Source of the DNA: a virus
Length of the DNA stretch: 54,180 bases
Reading direction: 5' to 3' (one strand)
Virus record (IMG/VR): IMGVR_UViG_3300009073_000006
Location: 1-54,180 of that record
The position numbers were made by a program, and so were the translations under genes. The number at the start of each line of letters is the position of its first letter. Within the stretch, counting starts at the first letter, position 1. The notes under the pieces were generated by a model, which saw nothing but the letters and a program-made list of their open reading frames with translations, did not search any database and had not been told where the DNA came from. Shown here piece by piece: positions 9,295-18,072 of the stretch.

Positions 9295-11304
9295 ATGTCA
9301 AAGAACACTCCGACAAACCAAGATAAAAAGATCACAGTCAGCGCAGATACGTGGCAGTGGTTGCAAGATAACGACTTGATTAACACTCAAGTTGTTGACA
9401 GTTGTGGCTGTACGACAGTTCAGTACACTATTGACTGGGAAAAACTCAGCGTTAATACTAAGCTTTGTGAGCAACTTCTCGCAGAGTTAGGTGACGCTTG
9501 TGGTGCTACTTGTCTCGCTGAATTACAGGTACTATTCGGTAACGGCGATCCAGCGACTACTGTGACACATTCTTCTAAAGACGGTTCTGTCACGTTTATC
9601 ACGACAGTAGACCCTGATACGGGCGCGGTTAATTACGACTGGTCAGTTGACCTGTCTAATGTTGACACTAACAACATTGTAACGCTGGCAGATGATGGGC
9701 TTAGCTTTAACGTCACAAGCCCGATTACTGGCATTACTACTAATTATCCCTTCCCGCCAGCCGGAAGCACAGAAACCGAAGGTCTGTTTGTTGACGGAAC
9801 TGTTAATCCGGTAATTGACCTCGACGCAGGTACGATAACTTATCAGACTATCTTTGATGTTTCTGGACAAGCAGGTCCGCCGCTTGTTCAAGATATCTCT
9901 GCTTTGATAGCTGCGTTAACTTCGCCTGATAATGTTCATAGTTCAATGGGTAAAGTCACTGCTGACGATGATCTAGCTGGCACAGGCGTGCTTGATGTTT
10001 GTGGTGATGCGCTGGTTAGCGGTAGCAATTACATTACACACACTTCTGGCGATGGTGTTATCTCTTACATTCCAATGTCTACTGGCGGTAATCCGTTGCA
10101 GTGTGTGGATATGGACGATCCAGATAATCAGCCTGATATAAATATTTCAGACATAGCTTTTGATCCTACAACTAATACGTTTTTTGGCTACTGCGACGGT
10201 GAGTGGCGGTCACAAGGCGGTGAAGATGCTGGTGTTTATGTAGTTGGCGATACTTGGGACGATAACGGCGTAACGGTTACTATCACAACAGACCCAGCTA
10301 CTTGGCCGCGAGTTCCAGCAGGGTTTACTCACCTGATCGTCGTCAACACAGATAACGAGATAATTGGTGAAGTTAAGTTTGATATTATCACTGGATTATC
10401 TACGCCGTATACTCTTGCTTGTTGCGAAAACGAGTCAATGGGCGAAGGTTGTGTTGTCGCAGGCGCGAGTTACTGCGTCTTGATGGACAAGCCTATCGGT
10501 AGTTATCGAGGCGGTGCTCCGTATAACAACCGGAATATCGCTGACGGTACTCCCGTAGAGATGCCTATCCAAACAGTCACTTTCACTAACCCGAACGACG
10601 CGCCACATCCTGTCTTCTTTACCTTTATCAACAGCGCGTCGTTTAAGCGTGAATGGTTGTTCAAAGGTTTCTATGGTGCACGCGCTTCTGGTGCTACTCA
10701 AGAAGTCGTGTTTGCGCCGATTGACAGTAAAGGCTTGTATGTTGGCACACCGCCTCGACAGCTAACTGGTGATCCCTTGCGTGGTGTGTTCTCTGGTAAT
10801 GCTAATCCTGAACGATTGTTTATTAACTTGGCTCATACGCCAGTTGACGTACAGCGATCTAATCATGACGTTTCACCGTTTGTTATCGACCCAGCTGATT
10901 TAGACATGGGCCAGTCGATACTTGCTAACTCGACTAACTATATGAATGTCGAAGGCGATACCGGACTCAATATGCTGATGCTTGAAGCTAATGAGACAGT
11001 CACGTTTGGCGTCATGGATTGGCAACGTGTAACAAGGACGCTTCTTGCCAACAACGCTGGCACCATGACGCATGACGATTTAATGCGAGGTGATACTGAA
11101 ACTTGGTACGAGCATAACGTTGCCCGCGATAACTCAGGCGATCCTTTTGATCGCCGTGAGCGCTACTGGTGGCGCGTCCATAATCAGTCAGGCGTTTACA
11201 TCGAGCCAATTAATGTCCTTTCAGGACAAAAGCCTGTTGAAATTGAAAAAGGCACTATTACAGTAGAAGAAGGCCGACTGTTGGCTGGCGTTGATGTGGT
11301 TTAA
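9295..11304 (+). CDS. tail fibre / receptor-binding-like protein
   Basis: 669 aa with G/T/D/N-rich repetitive beta-type composition and the motif ACCENESMGEGC. Lies in the tail cluster. Confidence 0.4.
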   Translation: MSKNTPTNQDKKITVSADTWQWLQDNDLINTQVVDSCGCTTVQYTIDWEKLSVNTKLCEQLLAELGDACGATCLAELQVLFGNGDPATTVTHSSKDGSVTFITTVDPDTGAVNYDWSVDLSNVDTNNIVTLADDGLSFNVTSPITGITTNYPFPPAGSTETEGLFVDGTVNPVIDLDAGTITYQTIFDVSGQAGPPLVQDISALIAALTSPDNVHSSMGKVTADDDLAGTGVLDVCGDALVSGSNYITHTSGDGVISYIPMSTGGNPLQCVDMDDPDNQPDINISDIAFDPTTNTFFGYCDGEWRSQGGEDAGVYVVGDTWDDNGVTVTITTDPATWPRVPAGFTHLIVVNTDNEIIGEVKFDIITGLSTPYTLACCENESMGEGCVVAGASYCVLMDKPIGSYRGGAPYNNRNIADGTPVEMPIQTVTFTNPNDAPHPVFFTFINSASFKREWLFKGFYGARASGATQEVVFAPIDSKGLYVGTPPRQLTGDPLRGVFSGNANPERLFINLAHTPVDVQRSNHDVSPFVIDPADLDMGQSILANSTNYMNVEGDTGLNMLMLEANETVTFGVMDWQRVTRTLLANNAGTMTHDDLMRGDTETWYEHNVARDNSGDPFDRRERYWWRVHNQSGVYIEPINVLSGQKPVEIEKGTITVEEGRLLAGVDVV

Positions 11305-11315
11305 GGAGAAATACA

Positions 11316-11828
11316 ATGCAGACTTTTTTTATTAAACTTGGTGATTTCGACGTTAGTCACGAAGGACTAGGGGCAACTTTTCAGCCTGTTAAAGCAGACA
11401 GTGCTGAACAAGCCGAAAAAGAATTTCGCAATAATGCTGGAGAAACCGCGAAACTTTTGAAGTTAGTTGTTTACTCTCAAGAAAAAGTCCAGAAGGTTTT
11501 TGACGGTCTTTGGTCAATTATCTCGACAGGTGAAGTAACTTACTTTTCCGACAAAGGATTGCGTGATTATTATCAAAAAGAATGGATCACTGGTGAACTT
11601 CCGTTTTCTGCGCTTGTTCGCGGAAAAGAAACCTTAAGCAACCCTAAAGAATTTTTGGCTCATTTAAAAATTAGTCAAGCAGAGCATACCGCTGCTTACT
11701 GGGCCGAACAACGTGCAATGGAAAGCCGGATTAATGAAACGAAGACAGCGATTGAGAAACGTGCTAAGGAACGCGCTGAATACCGTCAAAAACAAATGGC
11801 GCGAGGTACGGAGAAAGCTGATGAGTAA
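11316..11828 (+). CDS. hypothetical protein
   Basis: 170 aa with an AAGGAG RBS and a helical K/E-rich C-terminus. Its stop overlaps the next start (GCTGATGAGTAA). Confidence 0.55.
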   Translation: MQTFFIKLGDFDVSHEGLGATFQPVKADSAEQAEKEFRNNAGETAKLLKLVVYSQEKVQKVFDGLWSIISTGEVTYFSDKGLRDYYQKEWITGELPFSALVRGKETLSNPKEFLAHLKISQAEHTAAYWAEQRAMESRINETKTAIEKRAKERAEYRQKQMARGTEKADE

Positions 11829-14094
11829 CTTCACGCCCAACAAACCTTGGGTGACTAACCAGCTAGTCGTGGACACTGACACTGATCCTGACACGGATTA
11901 CGTGGCTATGGGGGAGAACGTTATCTGCGCAATCCCTCACCATCCACGTAATCCTAACGCGGTTTTTGAAGATGCAACAATTCAGGTTTATCTGAATTGT
12001 GATCCTAATGACTTACCGTTATCAGGTGTCGTAGTTAACTTAGAGTTACCTGACGGCACTTTTGTCATGGCGGGAAATACAAACAGCCTCGGCGTTGTCG
12101 AGTTTACTGTTAACATTAATGCGACAACAAGTTATGTTGTTGTAGTTCCTGCTGTTTTGTCTGGATCGAAACAACTATTATCAAGTGGAAATTTCACAAA
12201 CGGAACTTCCGCGCCAGTTTCTATTGGACCTAATCAAACATTGCTTTTGCAAGCGGACTACAAGATAGAGTGCTCAACAACTCTTGACAATATTTCATTT
12301 TTACTTCCTGACGGGCTTGCGCCAAATATTGTACGTGTTAAATCAACTGAAATTGGTATGGATGATCCTAGTGATCCCGACTATGTTGAAAAGCACGATA
12401 ATGATTTTAGAACAACTTTTTCAGACGCGTATACTTACACGGCGCCGCAAAATGTTTTAACAAACTGGCGTAATGCTGGTTACTCGTTATCAGACATTGC
12501 TGATCACTGTTATAAAGAAAGCGGTAGCTACGCTATTAACCGGACTGTTACTAACAAACAAACAGGTTGTGTTTCGGTGGCAGCGCCTAAGACTATTACT
12601 TTAAATGACAAGTCGTCAGTGTTTGATGATACTAATACTTTTTATATCTCGCCAACGTTAACCCCTAATCCTGCTGACCCTGCGATGCTGGTTTTTGCTA
12701 CGGTTAAAAACGCGTTTGATTACTCAATTAATCCTGCGTTATCGTTGACGAGAACTAGATATATCCTTGAAGCTAATACAGCCCACAAGACGCTTGGCGT
12801 GCGGGTTCGAGATTATCATCCTGATATGTGTGTTGAGTTTTTAGCAGGTGCTTCTTTAGAGCAGGTTAATCCGACGCAGCAATATATGTTCTGGTTTAGT
12901 GATGCTAATAAAAACTTCCGTTTAATTAACCCTGTTGTTTTCGGAGATTGGGATCCAGTTACTGAGACGGGTAACTTTAGCAGTAAGTTTATTTTTACGA
13001 CAGGTGCAAAAACTCCAAATATTCTTGTCGTTGACGGGTTCTTAAAAGGTATGCCTGACAACTTTGTTATTTCAGGTAGCGGCAGCGCAGGCGTTGGTGG
13101 GCTTGGTCTGGTTAATACTGCCGTTGATGGTTACGCGAACTACGGTGCGTTTATGGGTGCTGGTATCTGGCATAGTCGTTTAGGTACTAGAATTATTCAA
13201 CTACCAGAAGCGCAGTCTGGCGGACCTAAAGACGGGTTTAACAATGCACACGGTTGTTTCCGAAATAGTTCACAACAACCCGTAGAGAGTGTTGTCGAGG
13301 GTTGTGATGCGTACACTGCTAACGGCTGGATCGCTAATGTGGTTATCGGCGGGGTTCCTTATTATACCGAACAACCTTGCGAGCGCATTAACCAAGAGCA
13401 GATCGCTGGTAGTGTCGAGCGGTATTTGAGAAGTTCTTTTGAAGGTGGCTTTAATCTCATGGCTAACCAGAATAAAGATCAATCCGGCGGGGCGGCAGCT
13501 GGTGTTACTAACTGTGATGCTGATATGGTTGTTTCTTATTGTGTATTTGTTGCTTCGCATATGACGCAGAGTTATATCGCTTTAGCTTCCAGCGGAATTA
13601 CGATAAAGAACAACTTGTTTACTGTCCCCGATGTTAATGAAATTGCTGATGTTTTTGAAACTTCCGAAGTGCTGGCTTTGTTGCAGCCGATAACCGCAGG
13701 TGTTGGTTTACTTCGTAACAAAGTAGCTGGTTGCACTGTGCATGATAAACGTACTGCGGCAGTTAATCAGCAAATCGCGTATATCAGAGATTTAACAACT
13801 ACCATCAGCCCTAGTATGGTTATGGAAGATAATGTTTTAGTTCAGCCGAATAAAGGCGCTATTGCAGATCAACCGCTTACGCAGGCAGACTTGTGGCCGC
13901 CGAGAAGTCTTGGATATATCGACATTAACACAGGTGTTCCGACTGTTGTTGCGGGTACTGCGTCACCTGCGGGTGGCGTTCCTGAAAGCAAGCCTTTAGC
14001 TGGAAATCCTGCGATAGCTAGTGCTGTTAAAACGCGCTGTCGTGATCTTTCAGGTAACATGCGTGTGCAGCCTACAAACCGTGGTTGTTGGTAA
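11821..14094 (+). CDS. tailspike-like protein (possible beta-helix enzyme)
   Basis: Start trimmed from 11713 to ATG 11821, which overlaps the upstream stop. 757 aa with repetitive beta composition (for example GITIKNNLFTVPD). Fold assignment is unverified. Confidence 0.4.
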   Translation: MSNFTPNKPWVTNQLVVDTDTDPDTDYVAMGENVICAIPHHPRNPNAVFEDATIQVYLNCDPNDLPLSGVVVNLELPDGTFVMAGNTNSLGVVEFTVNINATTSYVVVVPAVLSGSKQLLSSGNFTNGTSAPVSIGPNQTLLLQADYKIECSTTLDNISFLLPDGLAPNIVRVKSTEIGMDDPSDPDYVEKHDNDFRTTFSDAYTYTAPQNVLTNWRNAGYSLSDIADHCYKESGSYAINRTVTNKQTGCVSVAAPKTITLNDKSSVFDDTNTFYISPTLTPNPADPAMLVFATVKNAFDYSINPALSLTRTRYILEANTAHKTLGVRVRDYHPDMCVEFLAGASLEQVNPTQQYMFWFSDANKNFRLINPVVFGDWDPVTETGNFSSKFIFTTGAKTPNILVVDGFLKGMPDNFVISGSGSAGVGGLGLVNTAVDGYANYGAFMGAGIWHSRLGTRIIQLPEAQSGGPKDGFNNAHGCFRNSSQQPVESVVEGCDAYTANGWIANVVIGGVPYYTEQPCERINQEQIAGSVERYLRSSFEGGFNLMANQNKDQSGGAAAGVTNCDADMVVSYCVFVASHMTQSYIALASSGITIKNNLFTVPDVNEIADVFETSEVLALLQPITAGVGLLRNKVAGCTVHDKRTAAVNQQIAYIRDLTTTISPSMVMEDNVLVQPNKGAIADQPLTQADLWPPRSLGYIDINTGVPTVVAGTASPAGGVPESKPLAGNPAIASAVKTRCRDLSGNMRVQPTNRGCW

Positions 14095-14130
14095 ACAGCT
14101 TTTACGGTTAATTAATTAGAGGATAATAAG

Positions 14131-14589
14131 ATGAAAGTGGAAATTAACGCAGACGCAGGTGGACGTCAGCAAGGCTGCTGCAATAGCTGCCATCAAAAAG
14201 TTTGCTGCTGTCACCGCGGGTTAAAGCGTCAACACGGACGCGACTGTCATGATGGTAGTCACGGCAACAATATCATGGTAACTCAAAGCCACACTGTTTA
14301 CAACAACAACGGTGAAAAGTGCGGAGTAGCTTCGAGTGATAAAAATTGCGCCGAAGATCATGATGAAATCACAGTCAAAACTGATGATGATAAATGCTGT
14401 GGAAGTAGTGACGTTATCACCACGATTAACAAAACCAGCGTTGTAAATATTAATACGGGTGGAAGTACCCAAGTTGATAAATACCGCTGCGCGCCGAAGA
14501 CTAAAGACTGTGTAAAAGTCGAAGAACCTTGCGGTTGCGAGGAAAAACCTGAAACACAAGTTAAAACTAACGGAACGGTGATAAGCTAA
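14131..14589 (+). CDS. Cys/His-rich hypothetical protein
   Basis: 152 aa with a GAGGA RBS. Contains CCNSCHQKVCCCH, DCHDGSHG, KCCG and CGCEE clusters. Confidence 0.55.
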   Translation: MKVEINADAGGRQQGCCNSCHQKVCCCHRGLKRQHGRDCHDGSHGNNIMVTQSHTVYNNNGEKCGVASSDKNCAEDHDEITVKTDDDKCCGSSDVITTINKTSVVNINTGGSTQVDKYRCAPKTKDCVKVEEPCGCEEKPETQVKTNGTVIS

Positions 14590-14747
14590 TGACTTGTGGA
14601 ACTTGTGGAGAAATCAGAAAAGAAGTTATCGACGGAGTGCTTGCACGTAAACCTGCGAAAACTATCAAAGCTGTTGCCAAGGGAGTTATCCATATGGCAA
14701 TGGGAAGTAAGGTAACGCCGCTTAAAGGCAAGCCTGTTAAGAAGTAA
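14589..14747 (+). CDS. small CxxC protein (52 aa, not in the ORF track)
   Basis: The ATG overlaps the upstream TAA (TAATG). Translation: MTCGTCGEIRKEVIDGVLARKPAKTIKAVAKGVIHMAMGSKVTPLKGKPVKK. It fills an otherwise empty gap in the operon. Confidence 0.4.
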   Translation: MTCGTCGEIRKEVIDGVLARKPAKTIKAVAKGVIHMAMGSKVTPLKGKPVKK

Positions 14748-14769
14748 ACTAATAACCAAGGAGACTACA

Positions 14770-16050
14770 ATGCCACCTATTAATGCAAATTCAGGGTGTC
14801 CACCCCAGACCGGACCTAACCTGACAGCCGCTGAAATTGAGCAAGCGTTTTGTAACGCGTTGCAGAACTGTATGCCGCAACCGCTAGAAGTTACTGCGGA
14901 CTCGGTTTTGACTGCTTTGCTTGAAAGTATTGCAGACGATATTATTGCGCAGTTGATTGCGACTGGTGATGATCTGGCTAATTCACTAGAAGATATTACA
15001 GTAACTATTGACACGTCGGGCGGACCTGTTGAGGTAACTGGAACAGTGTCTATTTCAGGCGATGTTACTGTTGACTGGTCTGGTATCCAAGATGCGTTGA
15101 ATGGACTTGAAATAGAAGTAACGAATTATCAAGATCTTGTTGATATTTTGACTGATCCGGCTACTACGCTGACGATTGATGGTTCGGTTACTGCTTTGAT
15201 TGATCCTACGCAGTTTGCGATTATCGAAGATTTGCTTGGCACAATTAACGACACGCTTAAAGCGATTGTTCGTAAAGATTGGGAAGTGATTGACTTCTGT
15301 ATCGTTGACGCTGATGGTGTTCCTGTTCCTTTAGTTGGGGTGTTTTCTGAACGCGGTTATGATTATCTAGGTAATCAGGTTTCAGAAATTGTTGTTTATT
15401 CAAAGTTTGATCCTACGGTTCCTGAATGGACTAGCTATGCGCTGCAAGCTGGTGATCAAGTTGTTGAGTGCTCTCGTCAAACAACAAATACTGTGCTGGT
15501 TATGGAAGGCTGTTATGAAGGCGCCGACGGAGAACTTTACCAAGGTTATTCTGGTATTAACAGCATTGACGGTACTCTCGCTTGGGGTCCGCTGGATAAA
15601 GGCGATCTGGGCTTTGTTGCGTGTTGTCCTAAAAAAGCTACTGTGCAAGCTTGCGTTAAGATGGAAGCTTTTGATTACTACTCAGAGAAAGAACTTGAAG
15701 CTGGACAAACTATGTCGTTTACCGTTAATGGCGGTGCGCCTATTGTGATTGATTATCTGGCTATCGGTGACGGTGTTAATAAGTCTTCTTGGTATGGTCC
15801 GGTTATTGCAGCGGTTAATGCGCTTGGTCCTTGGACAATGACGATAGACACTGACGCAGGTGTCGGAACTTCGCAGCGTCCGGTTTGGCAGATCGACTAT
15901 AACGGTGTTGGTGGCGAGTCACTAGTTATTACTCAAAACAGCGACACTCGGACAATTAGTGTTGATGCGGCTGGCGTTTTGACTAGCGAGGCACTTGGCG
16001 GTACTACACCGTTCGGCACTGATCCGTTTACCGCTTGTAGTGGTAAGTAA
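14770..16050 (+). CDS. tail fibre-like protein
   Basis: 426 aa with an AAGGAG RBS. Acidic, with T/V/D-rich beta-type composition. Lies in the tail cluster. Confidence 0.4.
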   Translation: MPPINANSGCPPQTGPNLTAAEIEQAFCNALQNCMPQPLEVTADSVLTALLESIADDIIAQLIATGDDLANSLEDITVTIDTSGGPVEVTGTVSISGDVTVDWSGIQDALNGLEIEVTNYQDLVDILTDPATTLTIDGSVTALIDPTQFAIIEDLLGTINDTLKAIVRKDWEVIDFCIVDADGVPVPLVGVFSERGYDYLGNQVSEIVVYSKFDPTVPEWTSYALQAGDQVVECSRQTTNTVLVMEGCYEGADGELYQGYSGINSIDGTLAWGPLDKGDLGFVACCPKKATVQACVKMEAFDYYSEKELEAGQTMSFTVNGGAPIVIDYLAIGDGVNKSSWYGPVIAAVNALGPWTMTIDTDAGVGTSQRPVWQIDYNGVGGESLVITQNSDTRTISVDAAGVLTSEALGGTTPFGTDPFTACSGK

Positions 16051-16389
16051 ATGAGTAACCCGCGCAAAGATTTAAGTGTTGAAAAAGAAAAAGTTCTTGA
16101 ATTTTTGCGCGGGTTTATTAAATATGATTTTTGTAAAAAGCTGTATATTAACGGCAGCCGTTCACCAAAATCAAAACGAAAGCCAAGAGAAGACAGCGAC
16201 TGGGATTTTTTGTGCGTTAGTCCTGAAGGTAAATACTTCATCATGAACCCACGAGATAACGGTCTGCATAGTGATATTGTAATAATCTGGGAAGATATGT
16301 TGCAACACTACTCCGCAGCTGTTGAAATTTGGCCCCAAGATAAAAGCGGCGAATTTGCCGAATTAGGAGATAACTATGCCGCCAATTAA
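16051..16389 (+). CDS. minimal Pol-beta-superfamily nucleotidyltransferase (MNT-like)
   Basis: YINGS-RSPKSKRKPREDS-DWDFLCV fits hG[GS]-x9-13-Dh[DE]h. A third acidic strand HSDIVII follows, and a helix precedes the motif. Confidence 0.6.
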   Translation: MSNPRKDLSVEKEKVLEFLRGFIKYDFCKKLYINGSRSPKSKRKPREDSDWDFLCVSPEGKYFIMNPRDNGLHSDIVIIWEDMLQHYSAAVEIWPQDKSGEFAELGDNYAAN

Positions 16390-16891
16390 ACCATGTTGTG
16401 AAAAAGATAACGTAGCTGTTGATCCGTTTGCAGATTACGAAGAAGTAGAACTGTTCGAGTACCGTGATATTTGGGCGGAAGAAAGTGGCGCTATGACTAA
16501 TAACTCTGCGGAGTGGTCATACGGTAATGGCGCTACTGGATTTATCGGACTACCTATTGATGCGGGATGGTTAGTAGAAAGCATGTACTTTCACGCGGAT
16601 ACTTACGCGGCGCGTACACGGATAGAAGTTGCTTTGCTGAATTACGGTAACACGCCTAGTTCTGCTGCGGCTAACAGGCTCACGTCTATCACGCTGGCTA
16701 ATGCAGCCGACGGCGGGGGACAAACTAACAATGCCTATAAAATGGTCAACTCTAATGATGTGCCTATTCCAGTAACCGGAACACATACTGTTATCGGGTT
16801 CCATACTGTGTCGTTACGCGGTGCTGCTAGTGATGGGCGTGTTGGTGCAAGACTTCGCAGAAGTCTCGGTTTCTTTCTTCGTAAAAAATAA
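16376..16891 (+). CDS. hypothetical beta-rich protein
   Basis: 171 aa with an AGGAG RBS, overlapping the upstream gene by 14 nt. Basic C-terminal tail RLRRSLGFFLRKK. Confidence 0.5.
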   Translation: MPPIKPCCEKDNVAVDPFADYEEVELFEYRDIWAEESGAMTNNSAEWSYGNGATGFIGLPIDAGWLVESMYFHADTYAARTRIEVALLNYGNTPSSAAANRLTSITLANAADGGGQTNNAYKMVNSNDVPIPVTGTHTVIGFHTVSLRGAASDGRVGARLRRSLGFFLRKK

Positions 16892-16902
16892 AGGATAATC
16901 AA

Positions 16903-17691
16903 ATGAAAACGTTTCAAAAAGGTTCGGGCGATAATACGCTAGTTTATCCTTTAACTCAAACTGCTTTAGGTAATTTGATACCTAGCAAACTAGCTTCTCC
17001 ACGTGTGGGTAAACCTCACGGTATTGTATTGCCGCATCAGTATAGCACTGTCGCAGGTTTGACTGAAATGTGTGATGAAGTTATTTATGCACATGCGCAA
17101 GTTCGCCGAGGTGAAATGCCTTGGGGGTTTTTGCGTAAACATTGGGACAATAGCTGGGGAGAGTTTCCTGAGTTTCCTGAATTGTTAAAACGCGAAGGTT
17201 TGTCTATTCGCAACCCGCAGGGATTAGCTAACATTGTGCATATGGATAAACCGTGGCACTTGTTTAGTGCTATGCAAAGCTGGTTACTCTCAACAGGCGC
17301 TTTACCTAAAGAACAAATCAGCCCAGAGCATAACGATTTTCTATCCAAAGTAGTGCATCCGATGAACAAGTTTAGCACGCTACTTAGTCAATGGATGGAA
17401 ATGGCTTTTGAGGCTAAGTATTATTTCGGCAAACCTCGCCCCGAAGAAATGCAAGGTACGAACGTTAGCTACTATCCAGAAGGTTGCCCTACGCACCCCG
17501 AAGTACCTCCCGGCCATTCTGTCACTTCTTGGGGTGCAGTTAAGTATTTCCAAGATCACTGGCATTTGACTGATGAACAATCTGCCGCGCTTGTAGCTGC
17601 TGGGTTTTACTTTAGTAACGCGCGTAGTTTTTCTCTCGTTCACTACGGTCCGGCTAATCGCCTTGGTCGTGTTATAGTTGGGTTGGATTAA
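16903..17691 (+). CDS. PAP2-superfamily enzyme, acid phosphatase / vanadium haloperoxidase-like, soluble
   Basis: All three PAP2 motifs are present with correct spacing: KYYFGKPRP (K-x6-RP), 21 aa, PPGH within THPEVPPGHS, 34 aa, ARSFSLVH (R-x5-H). No transmembrane segment is evident. Confidence 0.7.
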   Translation: MKTFQKGSGDNTLVYPLTQTALGNLIPSKLASPRVGKPHGIVLPHQYSTVAGLTEMCDEVIYAHAQVRRGEMPWGFLRKHWDNSWGEFPEFPELLKREGLSIRNPQGLANIVHMDKPWHLFSAMQSWLLSTGALPKEQISPEHNDFLSKVVHPMNKFSTLLSQWMEMAFEAKYYFGKPRPEEMQGTNVSYYPEGCPTHPEVPPGHSVTSWGAVKYFQDHWHLTDEQSAALVAAGFYFSNARSFSLVHYGPANRLGRVIVGLD

Positions 17692-17694
17692 CCA

Positions 17695-18072
17695 ATGAAC
17701 TTTGCGCAAAATTACGCAGGTCGATTGATCGGTTTCATCTTGTTTATGACTGTGATTTGTGGCCTAATGTTTGGACTGTTTTACTACGCAGATGCAATAA
17801 ACGAAACAGTTAAAACAATAATGATCGTGATTATCGGGTTGTTTGCAGAACCTGCAACTACTGCGTTTAAGCGAATCGCTGATCCGGCGGCTAATGACTT
17901 GACTAAATACGAAGAAGAAATTCAAAAGCTGCGCTCTGAAATACATGAGTTGCGGATTGAAACTAACGCACGAGACGAGGAACAACGTCGGATTATTAAC
18001 TTGCTTCTTGCACGAGACGAGGAACAGAAAAACCCGTCACTCAAAATAACTAAACAAAAAGGTACTAACTAA
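17695..18072 (+). CDS. membrane protein with C-terminal coiled coil
   Basis: 125 aa with two hydrophobic helices (LIGFILFMTVICGLMFGLFYY and IMIVIIGLF), followed by the coiled coil EEEIQKLRSEIHELRIE and a repeated ARDEEQ. Confidence 0.55.
   Translation: MNFAQNYAGRLIGFILFMTVICGLMFGLFYYADAINETVKTIMIVIIGLFAEPATTAFKRIADPAANDLTKYEEEIQKLRSEIHELRIETNARDEEQRRIINLLLARDEEQKNPSLKITKQKGTN

Noticed and set aside
11713-11828. Possible programmed frameshift fusing gene 11316..11828 to the 757-aa tailspike-like gene. The downstream frame is open for 108 nt upstream of its ATG.
   Set aside because: There is no X_XXY_YYZ slippery heptamer in the correct phase (CAA AAA CAA is out of register). The ATG at 11821 overlaps the upstream stop in the usual coupling arrangement.
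14586-15014. 142-aa minus-strand ORF, and similar long antisense ORFs at 2344..2778 (-), 30554..31120 (+), 44529..44945 (+), 46008..46481 (+), 41125..41505 (+) and 48229..48639 (+).
   Set aside because: Each lies wholly antisense to a well-supported gene in a tightly packed operon, lacks an RBS and has low-complexity composition. These are shadow ORFs.
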